A stretch of 64,000 bases of DNA, taken from the NCBI GenBank assembly GCA_049965555.1, contig JBMFWF010000001.1, forward strand, positions 64,001-128,000. Reading direction: 5' to 3'. Under the pieces are notes generated by a model. That model saw only the letters and a list, made by a program, of their open reading frames with translations. It ran no database searches and had not been told where the DNA came from. Made by a program: the position numbers and the translations under genes. Position 1 is the first letter of the stretch. The number at the start of each line of letters is the position of its first letter. The DNA comes from Candidatus Parvarchaeum sp. (lineage in GTDB: Archaea; Nanobdellota; Nanobdellia; Parvarchaeales; Parvarchaeaceae). Positions 1 through 9,976 of the stretch are shown in pieces.

Positions 1-2
1 TA

Positions 3-383
3 CTTCCAAACACAATAGCAAAACAGCTTTTATCAAAAGAAAGCAGCACGAAATTCTCTGCAATACAAAAGATCTTTTTTGAATTTAATGAAATAAAGGA
101 AGTAAAAAAAGAAGCATTTTACCCGGTTCCGAGGGTAACAAGCAGGATGGTAAAGATTACAAAAAAGCAAAACGACATTTTTCAGGAGATATTCAGAAGG
201 AAAGAGATGCTGCTGAAAAATGCTTTTATTAACGGAAAGATAGCACTTGATTACAAGACAAAGAGAGAAAGTAAGCAGGAATTCCAGGAATTACCGGATA
301 AAATTAAATCGCTCGGGAACAAACAAGTAAATGAAATGACTTTGAATGAAATAAATGAATTGATAAGATACCTAAATCATTGA
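3..383 (+). CDS. rsmA: 16S rRNA dimethyladenosine transferase KsgA/Dim1, C-terminal part (5' truncated by window edge)
   Basis: Frame is open from position 3 (LPNTIAKQLL...EAFYPVPRVTSRMVKI...IFRRKEMLLKNA). F-x-P-x-P-x-V-x-S and F..RK.L.N motifs are typical of the KsgA C-terminus. Confidence 0.8.
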   Translation, partial: LPNTIAKQLLSKESSTKFSAIQKIFFEFNEIKEVKKEAFYPVPRVTSRMVKITKKQNDIFQEIFRRKEMLLKNAFINGKIALDYKTKRESKQEFQELPDKIKSLGNKQVNEMTLNEINELIRYLNH

Positions 384-3300
384 GCCTTCTGCTCCGGCAT
401 CTTTACGCTAACTACCCTGCTTATGCCTTCATCATTCATTGTAACGCCGTAGATTACATCTGCATTTATAAGAGTAGTTTCGTTGTGGGATATTATTATG
501 AACTGAGAGGATGCGGAATAAGCCTTTACCAAAGCTGAGAAATTTCCAGCGTTTATTGCATCCAAAGCCGCATCGACTTCATCCAAAACATAGAAAACTG
601 CTTCCGTATACTTTGAAAGAGCCATTATTAATGAAATCGCAAGAACTGAAAGTTCTCCGCCGCTTAATCCCCTTATATTTCTAACCCTCTTGTTGGGAAG
701 TTCCACAGATATGTCTAATCCTGATGAAAAAACATTGTTTGGATCCTCGGGTACAAGCTCTGCCTTTCCTTTTGTTATTGAATTGAAGACCTTTGTAAAA
801 ATAGAATTTATGTCAGACAGTGTCTTCATGAAAGACTCCAGTTTCTTTTGTTCTATTTCTGAAATTACAGACAGTATTCTGTTTCTTTCATCGTTCAATT
901 TCTCAAGCTTGACATTGAACTCCTCATATTGCTGTTGAGTCTCCATAAATGTCTTGAGTGCAAGCTCGTTTATTGGGCCAAAGGAGTTTATCTTAGAATT
1001 TAAAGAGTTTATTTCCTTAGTTATCTTCTCCAGAGTTTCTCCTTCTTCTATCTTAACCCCCTCTATCCTGTATTTTTTGTATTCTTCCTCTGCTGTTTCG
1101 AATTTTACCCTGGATCCTGCCTCTTTAACTTTCAAAGCATTTATCTCCTCTGCGATTTTCTGTGAACTGCTGTATATCGCTTCCCTTTGCTTCTGAAGAC
1201 TGCTAAGTTCATTCAAAAGCTCACTTCTTCTCTTTCTAAGCATGCTCAGACTATTTGACTTATTGGAAAGTTCTTTTCTAGCTTTATCATAATTTTCCTG
1301 CGTGTCCTTTATTGCATTCTCTACATCTTCTATCTCCTTTTCAAACCTTTCTCTCTCCTTGTTAAGCTGGGAAAACCTCTTTTCTAGATTGTTTATCTCC
1401 GACATAAGAACTGCTGACAACTTATTTCCTGAAGTAGCAACTTTTACTTGCAAGTCATTGACTTCCCTCTCAAGTGCCTCTATTTCTTTTCTGTGGTCTA
1501 CTATCTCTGGTTTGTTCTTATCCAACTCCTCTAGCTTTGATTTCAAGTCCAAATTTTCATTCTCAAGCAAACGTATGCTTTCTGAGATATCAGATTCTGT
1601 GCCAGTGAATTTTGACTTTTCCTGGAGTATCTTAGATATCTTACCTTTTGTTTCATCCAATGTTTTCTGCCTTATTTTTATCTCAGTCATTAGAGAATTC
1701 AAAGTGGATTCTTTCTCTATTAATTCCTCGTCATACTTTTCCTTAAGTTTTGAATGCTCATTTATTTGGGTGTTTATTTCAGCGATCTTCTTATTGACGT
1801 TTAATATATTCGGCATGTCAAAATGCCCGCCTGATACTGTTCCAGTTTTTTCGAATACGGTGCCGTCCGGCAAGACCATTCTGTACTGGTGCATAAGCTG
1901 CTTTGCTGAATCAAAGTCTTTTACTAACACTGTGTCGCCGAAGACAAATTTCATTGCTGGCTCCAAATTTTGATTGAAATTGACAAGGTTTATTATGTAA
2001 TCTATTATCCTTGAATCATTAAGCTTGCCGAAGCTGTATCCGCTTTTAACAGTGGTTAAAGGTATGAAAGTGTAGAAACCCAGTTTTTCAGTTTTAAGCT
2101 TCTCTATGCACTGCCTTGCAGTTTCCTCATCCTCAACTACTATGAAGTCGCTTCTTCTCCCTATTGACCTTAGAACAGGGGTGGAGTACTCTTCATTTTT
2201 CAGTGAAAAAAGCTCTGACACTAATCCATAGATTCCCTTTATTTCCTTCTTCAGCCTGTTGACTACTTCAACGGCTCTGTTCTGCGAAGACAAAGAATTT
2301 CTCTGGTTAAGCAGATTCTCCCTCAATAGGTATATTGAATCGGCCTCTCTTTTAGATTGGGCCTTCAACTTGTCGATTTCCGGTTTTAATGACGAGAAAG
2401 ACAGCGTCATCTCCTTTATGGCCTTTTCAAGGTCATTTTTAGTTGAATCCAAGCTAGAAAGCTCTTCCTGAAGCTCTGCAATTTTAGGATAGTTTGCCAG
2501 AGCGACTTTCTGTTCATATATCTTTTTGTCTATGTCATATATCTTTTTTTCAAGCGATTCTTTTGTTTTAAGATAACTCTGCGTCTTAGATTCGCTTTCT
2601 ATAAGGGAAAGCTTTCTTGAATTCAAAGCAGCGATTCTTTCCTCAAGTTTTTTCTTTTCTTCCTCCTCCTCTTTTATCTGCTTTTTTAGTTCTTCCTGCG
2701 ACTTTGAAAGCTCTTCTATTGACAAAACAATGTTGTTTAACTGTTCATTGTCATTCTTAAGCACTGCGGCCAGCCTTGCAAGCTCAGAATCAAATTCCTT
2801 TGTCTTTTTTTCTGCCTCCAGTATCTCCTTTTCCCCTTCTGCTTCAGCCTTAGTGTTTATAGCTTCAACTTCCTCGTTTATCTTTTTTACTTTATCATTC
2901 AATTCCGAAATCTTGGCAGAAAGTTCTTCATTCCCTTTCTCTGCTTCCTTAAGTTTTCCAAGTATTTCCTGTAATTCTGAATCTGCCGCGTCTCTTTTGA
3001 TCATTGACTGCTTTGAAAGAAGAGTGGCATATCTGCTTTTAAGCTCCTGAAACTCCACTGCTCTGCTCTTTTCTTTTTCCAGTTGAGCCATCAATTTTCG
3101 CTTTTCATTCAATACTGTTTCTATTTTTGATATGTTATCTTCTACTTTCTTCATCTCGTTCATTGCCTTGCTTTTTTTGTCTTCAAATACACTTATGCCT
3201 GATATGTCGTTTATCAGGCTTAGCCTGTCTTCATTTGAAGTACCGACGACCTCCAGTATCCTCCCCTGTGGGATTATATTAAATCCATCTTGTCTGAATT

Positions 3301-3700
3301 TTACAAGCGCAAGAACGTTTAGTACTTCTTCTCTTGTAGATGCCTTTCCATTTATCCTGTAAATGCTCTTCCCATTCTTGTCTACCTTTCTGCTAATTGA
3401 CACCTCGCTCTCTTCTATTCCGCGGAACTCCTTCTTTGAATTATCCAGTATTACATTTACTTTTGCATGCTCTGCTTGCCTTCCATTTTTTCCTCCATTA
3501 AATATAAGATCTGTAAGAAGATCAGAACGCATTTCTTTCTTTGATGACCCGCCAAAAACGAAAAGAAGTGCATCGATTATATTGCTTTTTCCGGAGCCGT
3601 TAGCGCCTGCTATGGCATTAAAACCATTTACAAAATCGAACTTGACATGTCCAGCAAACGATTTAAAATTATCGAGTTCTACTTCTTTTATATAAGTCAT
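377..3700 (-). CDS. smc: Chromosome segregation protein SMC
   Basis: NFKSF, Walker A GANGSGKSN, long coiled coils, hinge GX6GX3GG (GTVFEKTGTVSGG), signature LSGGE, Walker B/D-loop LDEVDAALD. Confidence 0.97.
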   Translation of the reverse strand: MTYIKEVELDNFKSFAGHVKFDFVNGFNAIAGANGSGKSNIIDALLFVFGGSSKKEMRSDLLTDLIFNGGKNGRQAEHAKVNVILDNSKKEFRGIEESEVSISRKVDKNGKSIYRINGKASTREEVLNVLALVKFRQDGFNIIPQGRILEVVGTSNEDRLSLINDISGISVFEDKKSKAMNEMKKVEDNISKIETVLNEKRKLMAQLEKEKSRAVEFQELKSRYATLLSKQSMIKRDAADSELQEILGKLKEAEKGNEELSAKISELNDKVKKINEEVEAINTKAEAEGEKEILEAEKKTKEFDSELARLAAVLKNDNEQLNNIVLSIEELSKSQEELKKQIKEEEEEKKKLEERIAALNSRKLSLIESESKTQSYLKTKESLEKKIYDIDKKIYEQKVALANYPKIAELQEELSSLDSTKNDLEKAIKEMTLSFSSLKPEIDKLKAQSKREADSIYLLRENLLNQRNSLSSQNRAVEVVNRLKKEIKGIYGLVSELFSLKNEEYSTPVLRSIGRRSDFIVVEDEETARQCIEKLKTEKLGFYTFIPLTTVKSGYSFGKLNDSRIIDYIINLVNFNQNLEPAMKFVFGDTVLVKDFDSAKQLMHQYRMVLPDGTVFEKTGTVSGGHFDMPNILNVNKKIAEINTQINEHSKLKEKYDEELIEKESTLNSLMTEIKIRQKTLDETKGKISKILQEKSKFTGTESDISESIRLLENENLDLKSKLEELDKNKPEIVDHRKEIEALEREVNDLQVKVATSGNKLSAVLMSEINNLEKRFSQLNKERERFEKEIEDVENAIKDTQENYDKARKELSNKSNSLSMLRKRRSELLNELSSLQKQREAIYSSSQKIAEEINALKVKEAGSRVKFETAEEEYKKYRIEGVKIEEGETLEKITKEINSLNSKINSFGPINELALKTFMETQQQYEEFNVKLEKLNDERNRILSVISEIEQKKLESFMKTLSDINSIFTKVFNSITKGKAELVPEDPNNVFSSGLDISVELPNKRVRNIRGLSGGELSVLAISLIMALSKYTEAVFYVLDEVDAALDAINAGNFSALVKAYSASSQFIIISHNETTLINADVIYGVTMNDEGISRVVSVKMPEQKAQ

Positions 3701-3758
3701 ATTTAACTATCTAAAAAAAGTTTTAATATTAAATGCTAACTATTTTTAAGCGGCAGGA

Positions 3759-4556
3759 TCAACCTACTACATGTGAGGATACCAATTTTTTGATCTTTTC
3801 TGGCAAGTATTTGCCCTTTATATGAAGCACTACCTCATTGCTTGGATGCGTCTCGCTCTCGTTTTCAGTGAATATGAATATTTCATTCCCGTCTACTATA
3901 ACGAACCTACCTATATCTAAATCCGTCTTGTTCAGTTTCCCAAACTGCTTTATCTCGTTTAACAGTGTTTCATTAACGTCCTTCACAGGTGCATAAACAT
4001 GTACAGTTACATTATTGGCTTTTGCCTTCTTAAGCGCTCTGCCTAAAGCATTTATCTTCTTTTCTAGAGACTGTTCAGTTGTTATCAATACTATTTCTCC
4101 CTTGGCCGAGCCTATGCTTTTCTTTATCCTAAAGTAGATATTATCCAATCCTTGATAGGAATTTGCAACCTTCCCTTCATCTACATACTTTATCCCCTTA
4201 TTATAAAGATTTTGAAGATCATTTAACATTGTACTGTCTTTCAATTTGTTTAGCTTATCTAGCTTTTGATTCAGCGATTCCTTTGCCTTCTCTTCCAGCT
4301 TTTCTATTAGCTCATTCGGAGGAATAGCCCTGTAGCTTATGGGTTTACTTAAGTCCCTTACTATAAACCCGCCATTTTCCAGCGAAACGAGGATATCGTA
4401 AGCTCTAGATTTTGGAATGTTAGCTATCTCGCTTAGTTTACCGGATGTGGACTTGCCCTGCGAAAGCAAGGCTAGCCATACTTTTGCCTCGTATAGATTT
4501 AATCCGAACATTCTTCTTATTTTAGCTATATAATCTTCACTGAAAGACAACGCCAT
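3759..4556 (-). CDS. TrmB-family transcriptional regulator/chromatin protein
   Basis: N-terminal wHTH FGLNLYEAKVWLALL...IPKSRAYDILVSL, C-terminal PLD-like effector domain (RFVIVDG); AGGTGA RBS upstream of ATG 4556. Confidence 0.9.
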   Translation of the reverse strand: MALSFSEDYIAKIRRMFGLNLYEAKVWLALLSQGKSTSGKLSEIANIPKSRAYDILVSLENGGFIVRDLSKPISYRAIPPNELIEKLEEKAKESLNQKLDKLNKLKDSTMLNDLQNLYNKGIKYVDEGKVANSYQGLDNIYFRIKKSIGSAKGEIVLITTEQSLEKKINALGRALKKAKANNVTVHVYAPVKDVNETLLNEIKQFGKLNKTDLDIGRFVIVDGNEIFIFTENESETHPSNEVVLHIKGKYLPEKIKKLVSSHVVG

Positions 4557-4654
4557 AATCAATCACCTACACAATACTTAGCAATAAACAAGTATATAAA
4601 TCTTTCTTTTTCACCAAAAATAAAAGTAAAAAATAAAAAAATTTAAAATAATCC

Positions 4655-4915
4655 TTATACTTTTACCCTAAATACCCACATCGAAAAGGAGAATACAATT
4701 ATTCCAAGTATTACTTCGAATAACGGGTATATATAAGCCGATGGAGGCGTTGTAACGGTCTTATAGAAATATCCGCTAAGAACCGCTGACGAAAGGATAG
4801 ACGTCAAACCAAGTACTATCAGGACCAATCCAAATCCGAATAGAATCAGTCCTATGGCTGCATCCACCGCTCTTTTCTCCTCGTCGACAAACTTTAAATT
4901 GTCTTTTGCTTTCAT
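4655..4915 (-). CDS. Small membrane protein (2 TM)
   Basis: Two hydrophobic helices in an 86-aa ORF filling an intergenic gap. Confidence 0.7.
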   Translation of the reverse strand: MKAKDNLKFVDEEKRAVDAAIGLILFGFGLVLIVLGLTSILSSAVLSGYFYKTVTTPPSAYIYPLFEVILGIIVFSFSMWVFRVKV

Positions 4916-5008
4916 AATAGGTTAAAGTTTTTGTCATTTAAAAGCTTTTTTTAATAAAGAAGGAGGAATATTACTTAACAATAAATACTTTAAGAGCATA
5001 ATAAAAGT

Positions 5009-5551
5009 ATGGATGAGGAAAAATGCATATTCTGCATGATTACAAGCAAAAAGGTGCCTGCCAAAGTAGTTTATGAGGACCCTATGATAATGGGGGTTTT
5101 AGACATTAACCCTGCTTCAAAGGGCCATGTGATAATGATACCAAAAAAGCACTATAACAATATATATGAGATACCTCAGGAAGAGTTTTTACAGTATATG
5201 AGTGTCGCGAGGGCCGTTGGATACGCAATACTGCTGTCGCTTGCCCCAAACAACGTAGAAATGCTTTACACGAAAGAGCTGACAAAAGGAAGCGTCACCC
5301 CTCATGCCCTTATACACTTGATACCTCGATATAACGAGGATACCATAAATCATGTATGGCAGCCCCAGAAAATGGACGAAAGCGATTTTACTGCCGTAGA
5401 GAATGCTATAAAATCGGCAATAGAAAAGGTAAAGTCTGCAGAAGCTCCAAAACCTGCTAAGCCTGCCGTGGAAGAGCAGAAAAAACCGGAAAATGCAGTT
5501 AAGGAGAACAAACCGCAGATAAACATACAAAGAAAAGTAGTGGTATTTTAA
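5009..5551 (+). CDS. HIT-family protein with degenerate histidine triad
   Basis: CIFC, DINPASKGHVIMIPKKH; triad reads HALIHLIPR. Confidence 0.85.
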   Translation: MDEEKCIFCMITSKKVPAKVVYEDPMIMGVLDINPASKGHVIMIPKKHYNNIYEIPQEEFLQYMSVARAVGYAILLSLAPNNVEMLYTKELTKGSVTPHALIHLIPRYNEDTINHVWQPQKMDESDFTAVENAIKSAIEKVKSAEAPKPAKPAVEEQKKPENAVKENKPQINIQRKVVVF

Positions 5552-6081
5552 TTTCCTTTGTACTCGACTGTTTTATTGTCTTCCTTCTTTATTTCTTCCT
5601 GTATTGTTTCCTTTATTTCCTTAAATTCCTTTTTGTCCACATCAAAATAATCATAAAAAGAAGGAGTGATTTTTATTACTTTTTTGCCATCTTCGATAGC
5701 GGTTGAAACCAGGCCTCTGGACTGCAGCTCCTTGACATGCTGATATGATATGCTGCCCCTCCTTTTAACCAAATCTGCCTGTTTTATTTTTCCATTTAAA
5801 ACTATCAAACTTAATGTCATCAAAACCCCTCTGCTCATGTCAGTTCTCAAATTATCCTGCACAAGATAAAGAAGATCGCTTCTAAGCCTCATTCGATATA
5901 AGTTGCCTTCAGTCAATATGTAAAAAGCGCTCTTTCTTTCAGAATACTGCTTATTAAGGTCATTTACCGCCTTTTTTACCATTATTGGATCTGACTTAGT
6001 ACGTTTTACTATCTCCTCTAAGCTTATGCCATCGCCAAAAGAGAATATAAGCGCTTCAACATATTCATTTATCTTTGCCAT
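5548..6081 (-). CDS. scpB: Segregation/condensation protein B (KITE)
   Basis: VEALIF start, two wHTH, TLSLI...QADLVKRRG...HVKEL, T..FYDYF; adjacent to scpA. Confidence 0.9.
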   Translation of the reverse strand: MAKINEYVEALIFSFGDGISLEEIVKRTKSDPIMVKKAVNDLNKQYSERKSAFYILTEGNLYRMRLRSDLLYLVQDNLRTDMSRGVLMTLSLIVLNGKIKQADLVKRRGSISYQHVKELQSRGLVSTAIEDGKKVIKITPSFYDYFDVDKKEFKEIKETIQEEIKKEDNKTVEYKGN

Positions 6082-6129
6082 ACTGCCAATATAGTTATAA
6101 TCACATTCATTGATTTTAAAAGTTCACAG

Positions 6130-6792
6130 TCACTTTACCCTGCTCTTTATGTATATCTCCTGAAAGGGCTCATTTTGTGAGATCTCAACTTTGTTCATGT
6201 TTGATATAAACAAAAGTGGAAGCAAAGTATAGATTATTTCTTTTCTGTCGTTCTTTTTTGAAATCAGTTCGGAGAAAAGGACTGTTTCTTTTATTCCGAA
6301 TAGCTTTCCCAGTTTTTCAACAAGCGACCTTATCCTGTCCTCTATTTTTACTTCCTTCAACTTTAGTTCAAAGTTTATCCTCTGCTTTGTATTGTAACGC
6401 ATTGCTTCTCTTATTGTGTTTATCAGCTCCGTAAGTGTTATCTTCCTGCTTCTGAAAATCGGCAGCTTCGACGTCACTGCTATGTCGAAAGGCACGGCTT
6501 TTATATACCTTTGCTGGCTTTCCCTTTCTTTTTTCACGTTGAGCTCAAGCATCTCTTCTACAACTGTATCAGATTTCATTTTCAGTAGGATGGCAGCAGT
6601 ATAGACAAATTTGCCGCCGAACCTAAAGTCTATCTGATTTATCTTGGAGATAAGTGCAGCGAACCTATCGGCTATTTTAATAAGGTCTATATCCATGGGA
6701 TCCATCCCTTCTTCCCTTATTATTGTAGTTATAAGATGCTCCCACCCTAGCTCGTCATTCAGTATAAGCTTGTATATTTCTTCGTGATCCAT
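6130..6792 (-). CDS. scpA: Segregation/condensation protein A (kleisin)
   Basis: MDPMDIDL, AAILLKMKS, C-terminal wHTH ending QNEPFQEIYI. Confidence 0.92.
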   Translation of the reverse strand: MDHEEIYKLILNDELGWEHLITTIIREEGMDPMDIDLIKIADRFAALISKINQIDFRFGGKFVYTAAILLKMKSDTVVEEMLELNVKKERESQQRYIKAVPFDIAVTSKLPIFRSRKITLTELINTIREAMRYNTKQRINFELKLKEVKIEDRIRSLVEKLGKLFGIKETVLFSELISKKNDRKEIIYTLLPLLFISNMNKVEISQNEPFQEIYIKSRVK

Positions 6793-6793
6793 C

Positions 6794-9079
6794 TCAACCG
6801 AAGTAATTAAGCTCCTTCGCCTTTTCCTTTTTACTATAAAGTTTCTTAGCCATCTCTTCGTACTTCTTTGCCTCCTCGGGAGTCAAGCTGGGCCTTACTA
6901 AATCTAGAGCTTTTTCAAAGTCCTCTCTGGTTACTTTGCTTGCGGAAATGCTGTTCCTCAAGGCATTCATGCCTGCTTCTTTTGCAAGCCTTTCTATGTC
7001 TGATCCAACGTAACCCTCTGTTTTTTTGGTAAGAAATTCGATTAGTTCATCTTTATCCCCTTCTATAGGCATTTTGTTCAGGTATACTTTAAGTATCTCC
7101 TTTCTGCCATTCTCATCAGGAGGCGGCACAAAGACTATGTTGTCAAACCTTCCTGTCCTAAGTATTGCTGGATCAACCTTATCAACCCTGTTTGTAGCAC
7201 CTATTACAATCACGTTCTTAAGCGGTTCTATACCATCTAATTCCGTAAGCAATTGATTCACCACCTGTTCTGTTGCATTGTTTCCTTCGTAGTTAGACCT
7301 GGATGAGGCTATACTGTCCAGCTCATCTATGAATATTATAGATGGAGAAACCTGCCTTGCCTTGTCGAATATCTCCCTTATCCTTTTTTCGCTTTCGCCA
7401 ACGTACTTGTTGTATATCTCCGGTCCCTTGATTGCAATGAAATTTGATTCTGTTTCATGGGCCACAGCCCTTGCAAGCAAGGTCTTACCTGTTCCAGGCG
7501 GACCGTAAAGAAGTATGCCTTTTGGAGGAGTTATTCCTATCTTTCTAAATGAATCAGGATGCTTCAAAGGCCATTCTATTGCCTCTTTAAGCTGAGCTTT
7601 AACCTGATCCAAACCGCCGACATCTTCCCATCCAACGCTAGGTCTTTCAACTAAAACCTCACGCATTGCACTGGGCCTTACGAACCTTAATGCTTCCCTG
7701 AAATCATCCATGGTAACTATCAATTTTTCAAGAACTGTTTTTGGAATGTTTTCTCCCTCTTTAACATTTAATTCGTTTATGTTTCTTCTAATAACATTCA
7801 TAGCAGCTTCCTTTATCAGTGATTCTATATCTGCACCGACAAAACCGTGTGTTATCTTTGATATATATGTAAGGTCAACACTCTTGTCTAACGGCATGTT
7901 TCTTGTGTGTATGTTCAGTATCTCCAACCTTCCCTTTTCATTCGGCACACCAAACATTATTTCTCTGTCAAACCTTCCAGGTCTACGCAATGCAGGATCT
8001 ATTGCATTTGGCCGATTCGTAGCGGCTATAACTATTACTTTGCCTCTGCTCTTCAAACCGTCCATTAAAGTAAGCAGCTGTGAAACAACTCTATGTTCTA
8101 CTTCCCCTATGCTTTCTTCTCTCTTTGTAGCTATTGCGTCTATCTCATCTATGAATATTATTGAAGGCGCATTCTTCTCGGCCTCATCGAATATTTCTCT
8201 TAGCTTCTTTTCAGCGTCACCAACCCACTTGCTCATTACCTCTGGCCCATTTATAGTTATAAAGTGGGCATCGCTTTCATCAGCTACAGCCCTTGCAAGC
8301 AAGGTCTTACCTGTTCCAGGCGGACCGTAAAGCAAAACACCTCTTGGCGGAGTTATCCCCAATCGCATGAATATCTCAGGGTGTTTCAATGGCATCTCTA
8401 CCATTTCCCTTATTTTTGAAACTTCATCTGATAAGCCGCCTACGTCTTCGTAACTAACATGCTTCACCCTTGATTCTTCGGAAAGCTTCACTGGCTCCGG
8501 AGATATGTTTATATCAGTGTTTTCTGTTATTACTACAAATCCTTTCGGCGAAGTCGAAGTAACAAGAAAACGTAGCTCTGAAAAGCCAAACTGAAAGGAC
8601 GGAAAAGCGGTATTTTCAAAGATACTCATTATGTCATCACCAAAAAATGAAGCAAATGAACTTCTTCCGCCACTACCCAATGTTATTATATCTCCTTTAG
8701 ATATTGCTCTGTCAAGAAGCAGCCTTCCTATCACATTTTCGGCTCCTCTTATTGATATTGTAGACAATGGAGAAAGGTTGACTATATCAGCCTCATAAAC
8801 CTCTGCCTTTCTAACTATCACATTTTCCCCTATTGCCGCTTTTGCATTCTTTCTTGTCGTACCATCCATTCTTATTATGTTCAAACCTAAATCGCCTGGA
8901 TGCGCTCTGTCGACCTTTGCAACCGTTTTCCTATTTCCTTCTATTTCAACGAAATCTCCAGGCCTTACTCCAATCTGCTTCATCCACGCAGTTCCTATTC
9001 TTACAGAATTTTGGCCTATATCATCCTGCTGAGCTTCTGCAACTTTTAGACTTATTTCTATTTTGTCATTATCTTCCAT
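6794..9079 (-). CDS. cdc48: CDC48/VAT AAA+ ATPase
   Basis: N-domain plus two AAA modules (GPPGTGKT x2, IFIDE x2, RRPGRFDR / RTGRFD). Confidence 0.97.
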   Translation of the reverse strand: MEDNDKIEISLKVAEAQQDDIGQNSVRIGTAWMKQIGVRPGDFVEIEGNRKTVAKVDRAHPGDLGLNIIRMDGTTRKNAKAAIGENVIVRKAEVYEADIVNLSPLSTISIRGAENVIGRLLLDRAISKGDIITLGSGGRSSFASFFGDDIMSIFENTAFPSFQFGFSELRFLVTSTSPKGFVVITENTDINISPEPVKLSEESRVKHVSYEDVGGLSDEVSKIREMVEMPLKHPEIFMRLGITPPRGVLLYGPPGTGKTLLARAVADESDAHFITINGPEVMSKWVGDAEKKLREIFDEAEKNAPSIIFIDEIDAIATKREESIGEVEHRVVSQLLTLMDGLKSRGKVIVIAATNRPNAIDPALRRPGRFDREIMFGVPNEKGRLEILNIHTRNMPLDKSVDLTYISKITHGFVGADIESLIKEAAMNVIRRNINELNVKEGENIPKTVLEKLIVTMDDFREALRFVRPSAMREVLVERPSVGWEDVGGLDQVKAQLKEAIEWPLKHPDSFRKIGITPPKGILLYGPPGTGKTLLARAVAHETESNFIAIKGPEIYNKYVGESEKRIREIFDKARQVSPSIIFIDELDSIASSRSNYEGNNATEQVVNQLLTELDGIEPLKNVIVIGATNRVDKVDPAILRTGRFDNIVFVPPPDENGRKEILKVYLNKMPIEGDKDELIEFLTKKTEGYVGSDIERLAKEAGMNALRNSISASKVTREDFEKALDLVRPSLTPEEAKKYEEMAKKLYSKKEKAKELNYFG
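7464..7510. repeat. 47-bp exact direct repeat, copy 1 (Cdc48 D2 Walker A); copy 2 at 8286-8332
   Basis: acagcccttgcaagcaaggtcttacctgttccaggcggaccgtaaag occurs at both sites. Confidence 0.9.
8286..8332. repeat. 47-bp exact direct repeat, copy 2 (Cdc48 D1 Walker A)
   Basis: Identical to 7464-7510. Confidence 0.9.
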
Positions 9080-9083
9080 TTTA

Positions 9084-9587
9084 CTAACCTCCTAAGATGA
9101 ATACTCTCTTTTTCAAGTATTCAACGTTCCATTTCTTTATGAAATCCTCTGCATCCTTTTCATGTGTAGAAGGCACAAAGATAGCACTCTTTGTTAGCCT
9201 TCCCCCTCCCAAGGTCTGCAATAAGCCTTCTTTGCCTCTTCTTCCTAGCAATGCATAATTAAAAAGCATCTTTCTGCTCTGCTCTAATTTTGTAAGATCA
9301 TAGAATATTTCGGTTATCTCCTTAAATCCAAATTTATTAAAGAACGGCTCATTATCAAAAACACTGACAGCGTCAACAAACTGCGAAAACATCTTTCTCT
9401 GCAGTATGTCTACCATGTCCAAAAATTCTACGTTCTTTCCGAAAACTTTTTCTATTTTCTCCTCATTGCTTTTGCTATCATCCTTTAAGATAACATAAAG
9501 TTTGTTATCTTTCTTTATTGCATCAAAAAGGCATTCAATTACATCATCAGGAACAGAGTCTATTTCCATATGTTTACGATAAACCAT
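9084..9587 (-). CDS. Hypothetical protein with C-terminal Cas2/VapD/PaaX-like ferredoxin-fold domain
   Basis: IFYDL...RKMLFNYAL.G...G.RLTKSAIFVP pattern; first gene of the cdc48-scpAB run. Confidence 0.55.
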   Translation of the reverse strand: MVYRKHMEIDSVPDDVIECLFDAIKKDNKLYVILKDDSKSNEEKIEKVFGKNVEFLDMVDILQRKMFSQFVDAVSVFDNEPFFNKFGFKEITEIFYDLTKLEQSRKMLFNYALLGRRGKEGLLQTLGGGRLTKSAIFVPSTHEKDAEDFIKKWNVEYLKKRVFILGG

Positions 9588-9729
9588 ATGAATGAACTAA
9601 TATAAATAGCTTTCGCTTTTTTAATGCTTTAAAAAGCTTTGTTTTTCAATAAACAAACAAAAAATAAATCAGCAGTTATTTCAATTAAAAAACAGTAAAG
9701 CTTAAAAATAGAAAAAAACGTAAAATGCT

Positions 9730-9963
9730 ATGGTAATTGCAACAGATGCAGGCGCTCTATACGCGATAGCCGCAGCAATAGCAATAGCAGGTGGTTTAAT
9801 AGGTACCGGAATGGCGCAGCAAGGAATAGGTGCAGCCGGTATGGGAATAATAGCTGAAAAGCCTGAAAAATTCGGACAGGTGCTTTTCTTCTTCGTAATC
9901 CCCGAAACACTGTGGATAATAGGTTTCGTGCTTGGGTTGATATTGCTATTACAGATACTGTGA
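9730..9963 (+). CDS. atpK: A/V-type ATP synthase subunit K (c, proteolipid)
   Basis: Two TM helices, GxxxG repeats, carboxylate in IPET. Confidence 0.93.
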   Translation: MVIATDAGALYAIAAAIAIAGGLIGTGMAQQGIGAAGMGIIAEKPEKFGQVLFFFVIPETLWIIGFVLGLILLLQIL

Positions 9964-9976
9964 GGTATAGCGTTGT

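Noticed and set aside
690-3695. Many plus-strand ORFs antisense to smc (and similar shadows opposite cdc48, atp genes, leuS, ftsY)
   Set aside because: Ser/Phe/Leu-rich antisense shadows of Lys/Glu-rich genes, with no motifs.
4938-4952. Recurring AAAGCTTT palindromes in intergenic regions as operator sites
   Set aside because: Adequately explained as BRE/TATA promoter elements in AT-rich DNA.
377-6792. Wadjet/MksBEFG or other SMC-based defence system
   Set aside because: SMC, ScpA and ScpB are canonical housekeeping types and no JetD/TOPRIM nuclease is adjacent. Top6A is ~33 kb away, paired with Top6B.
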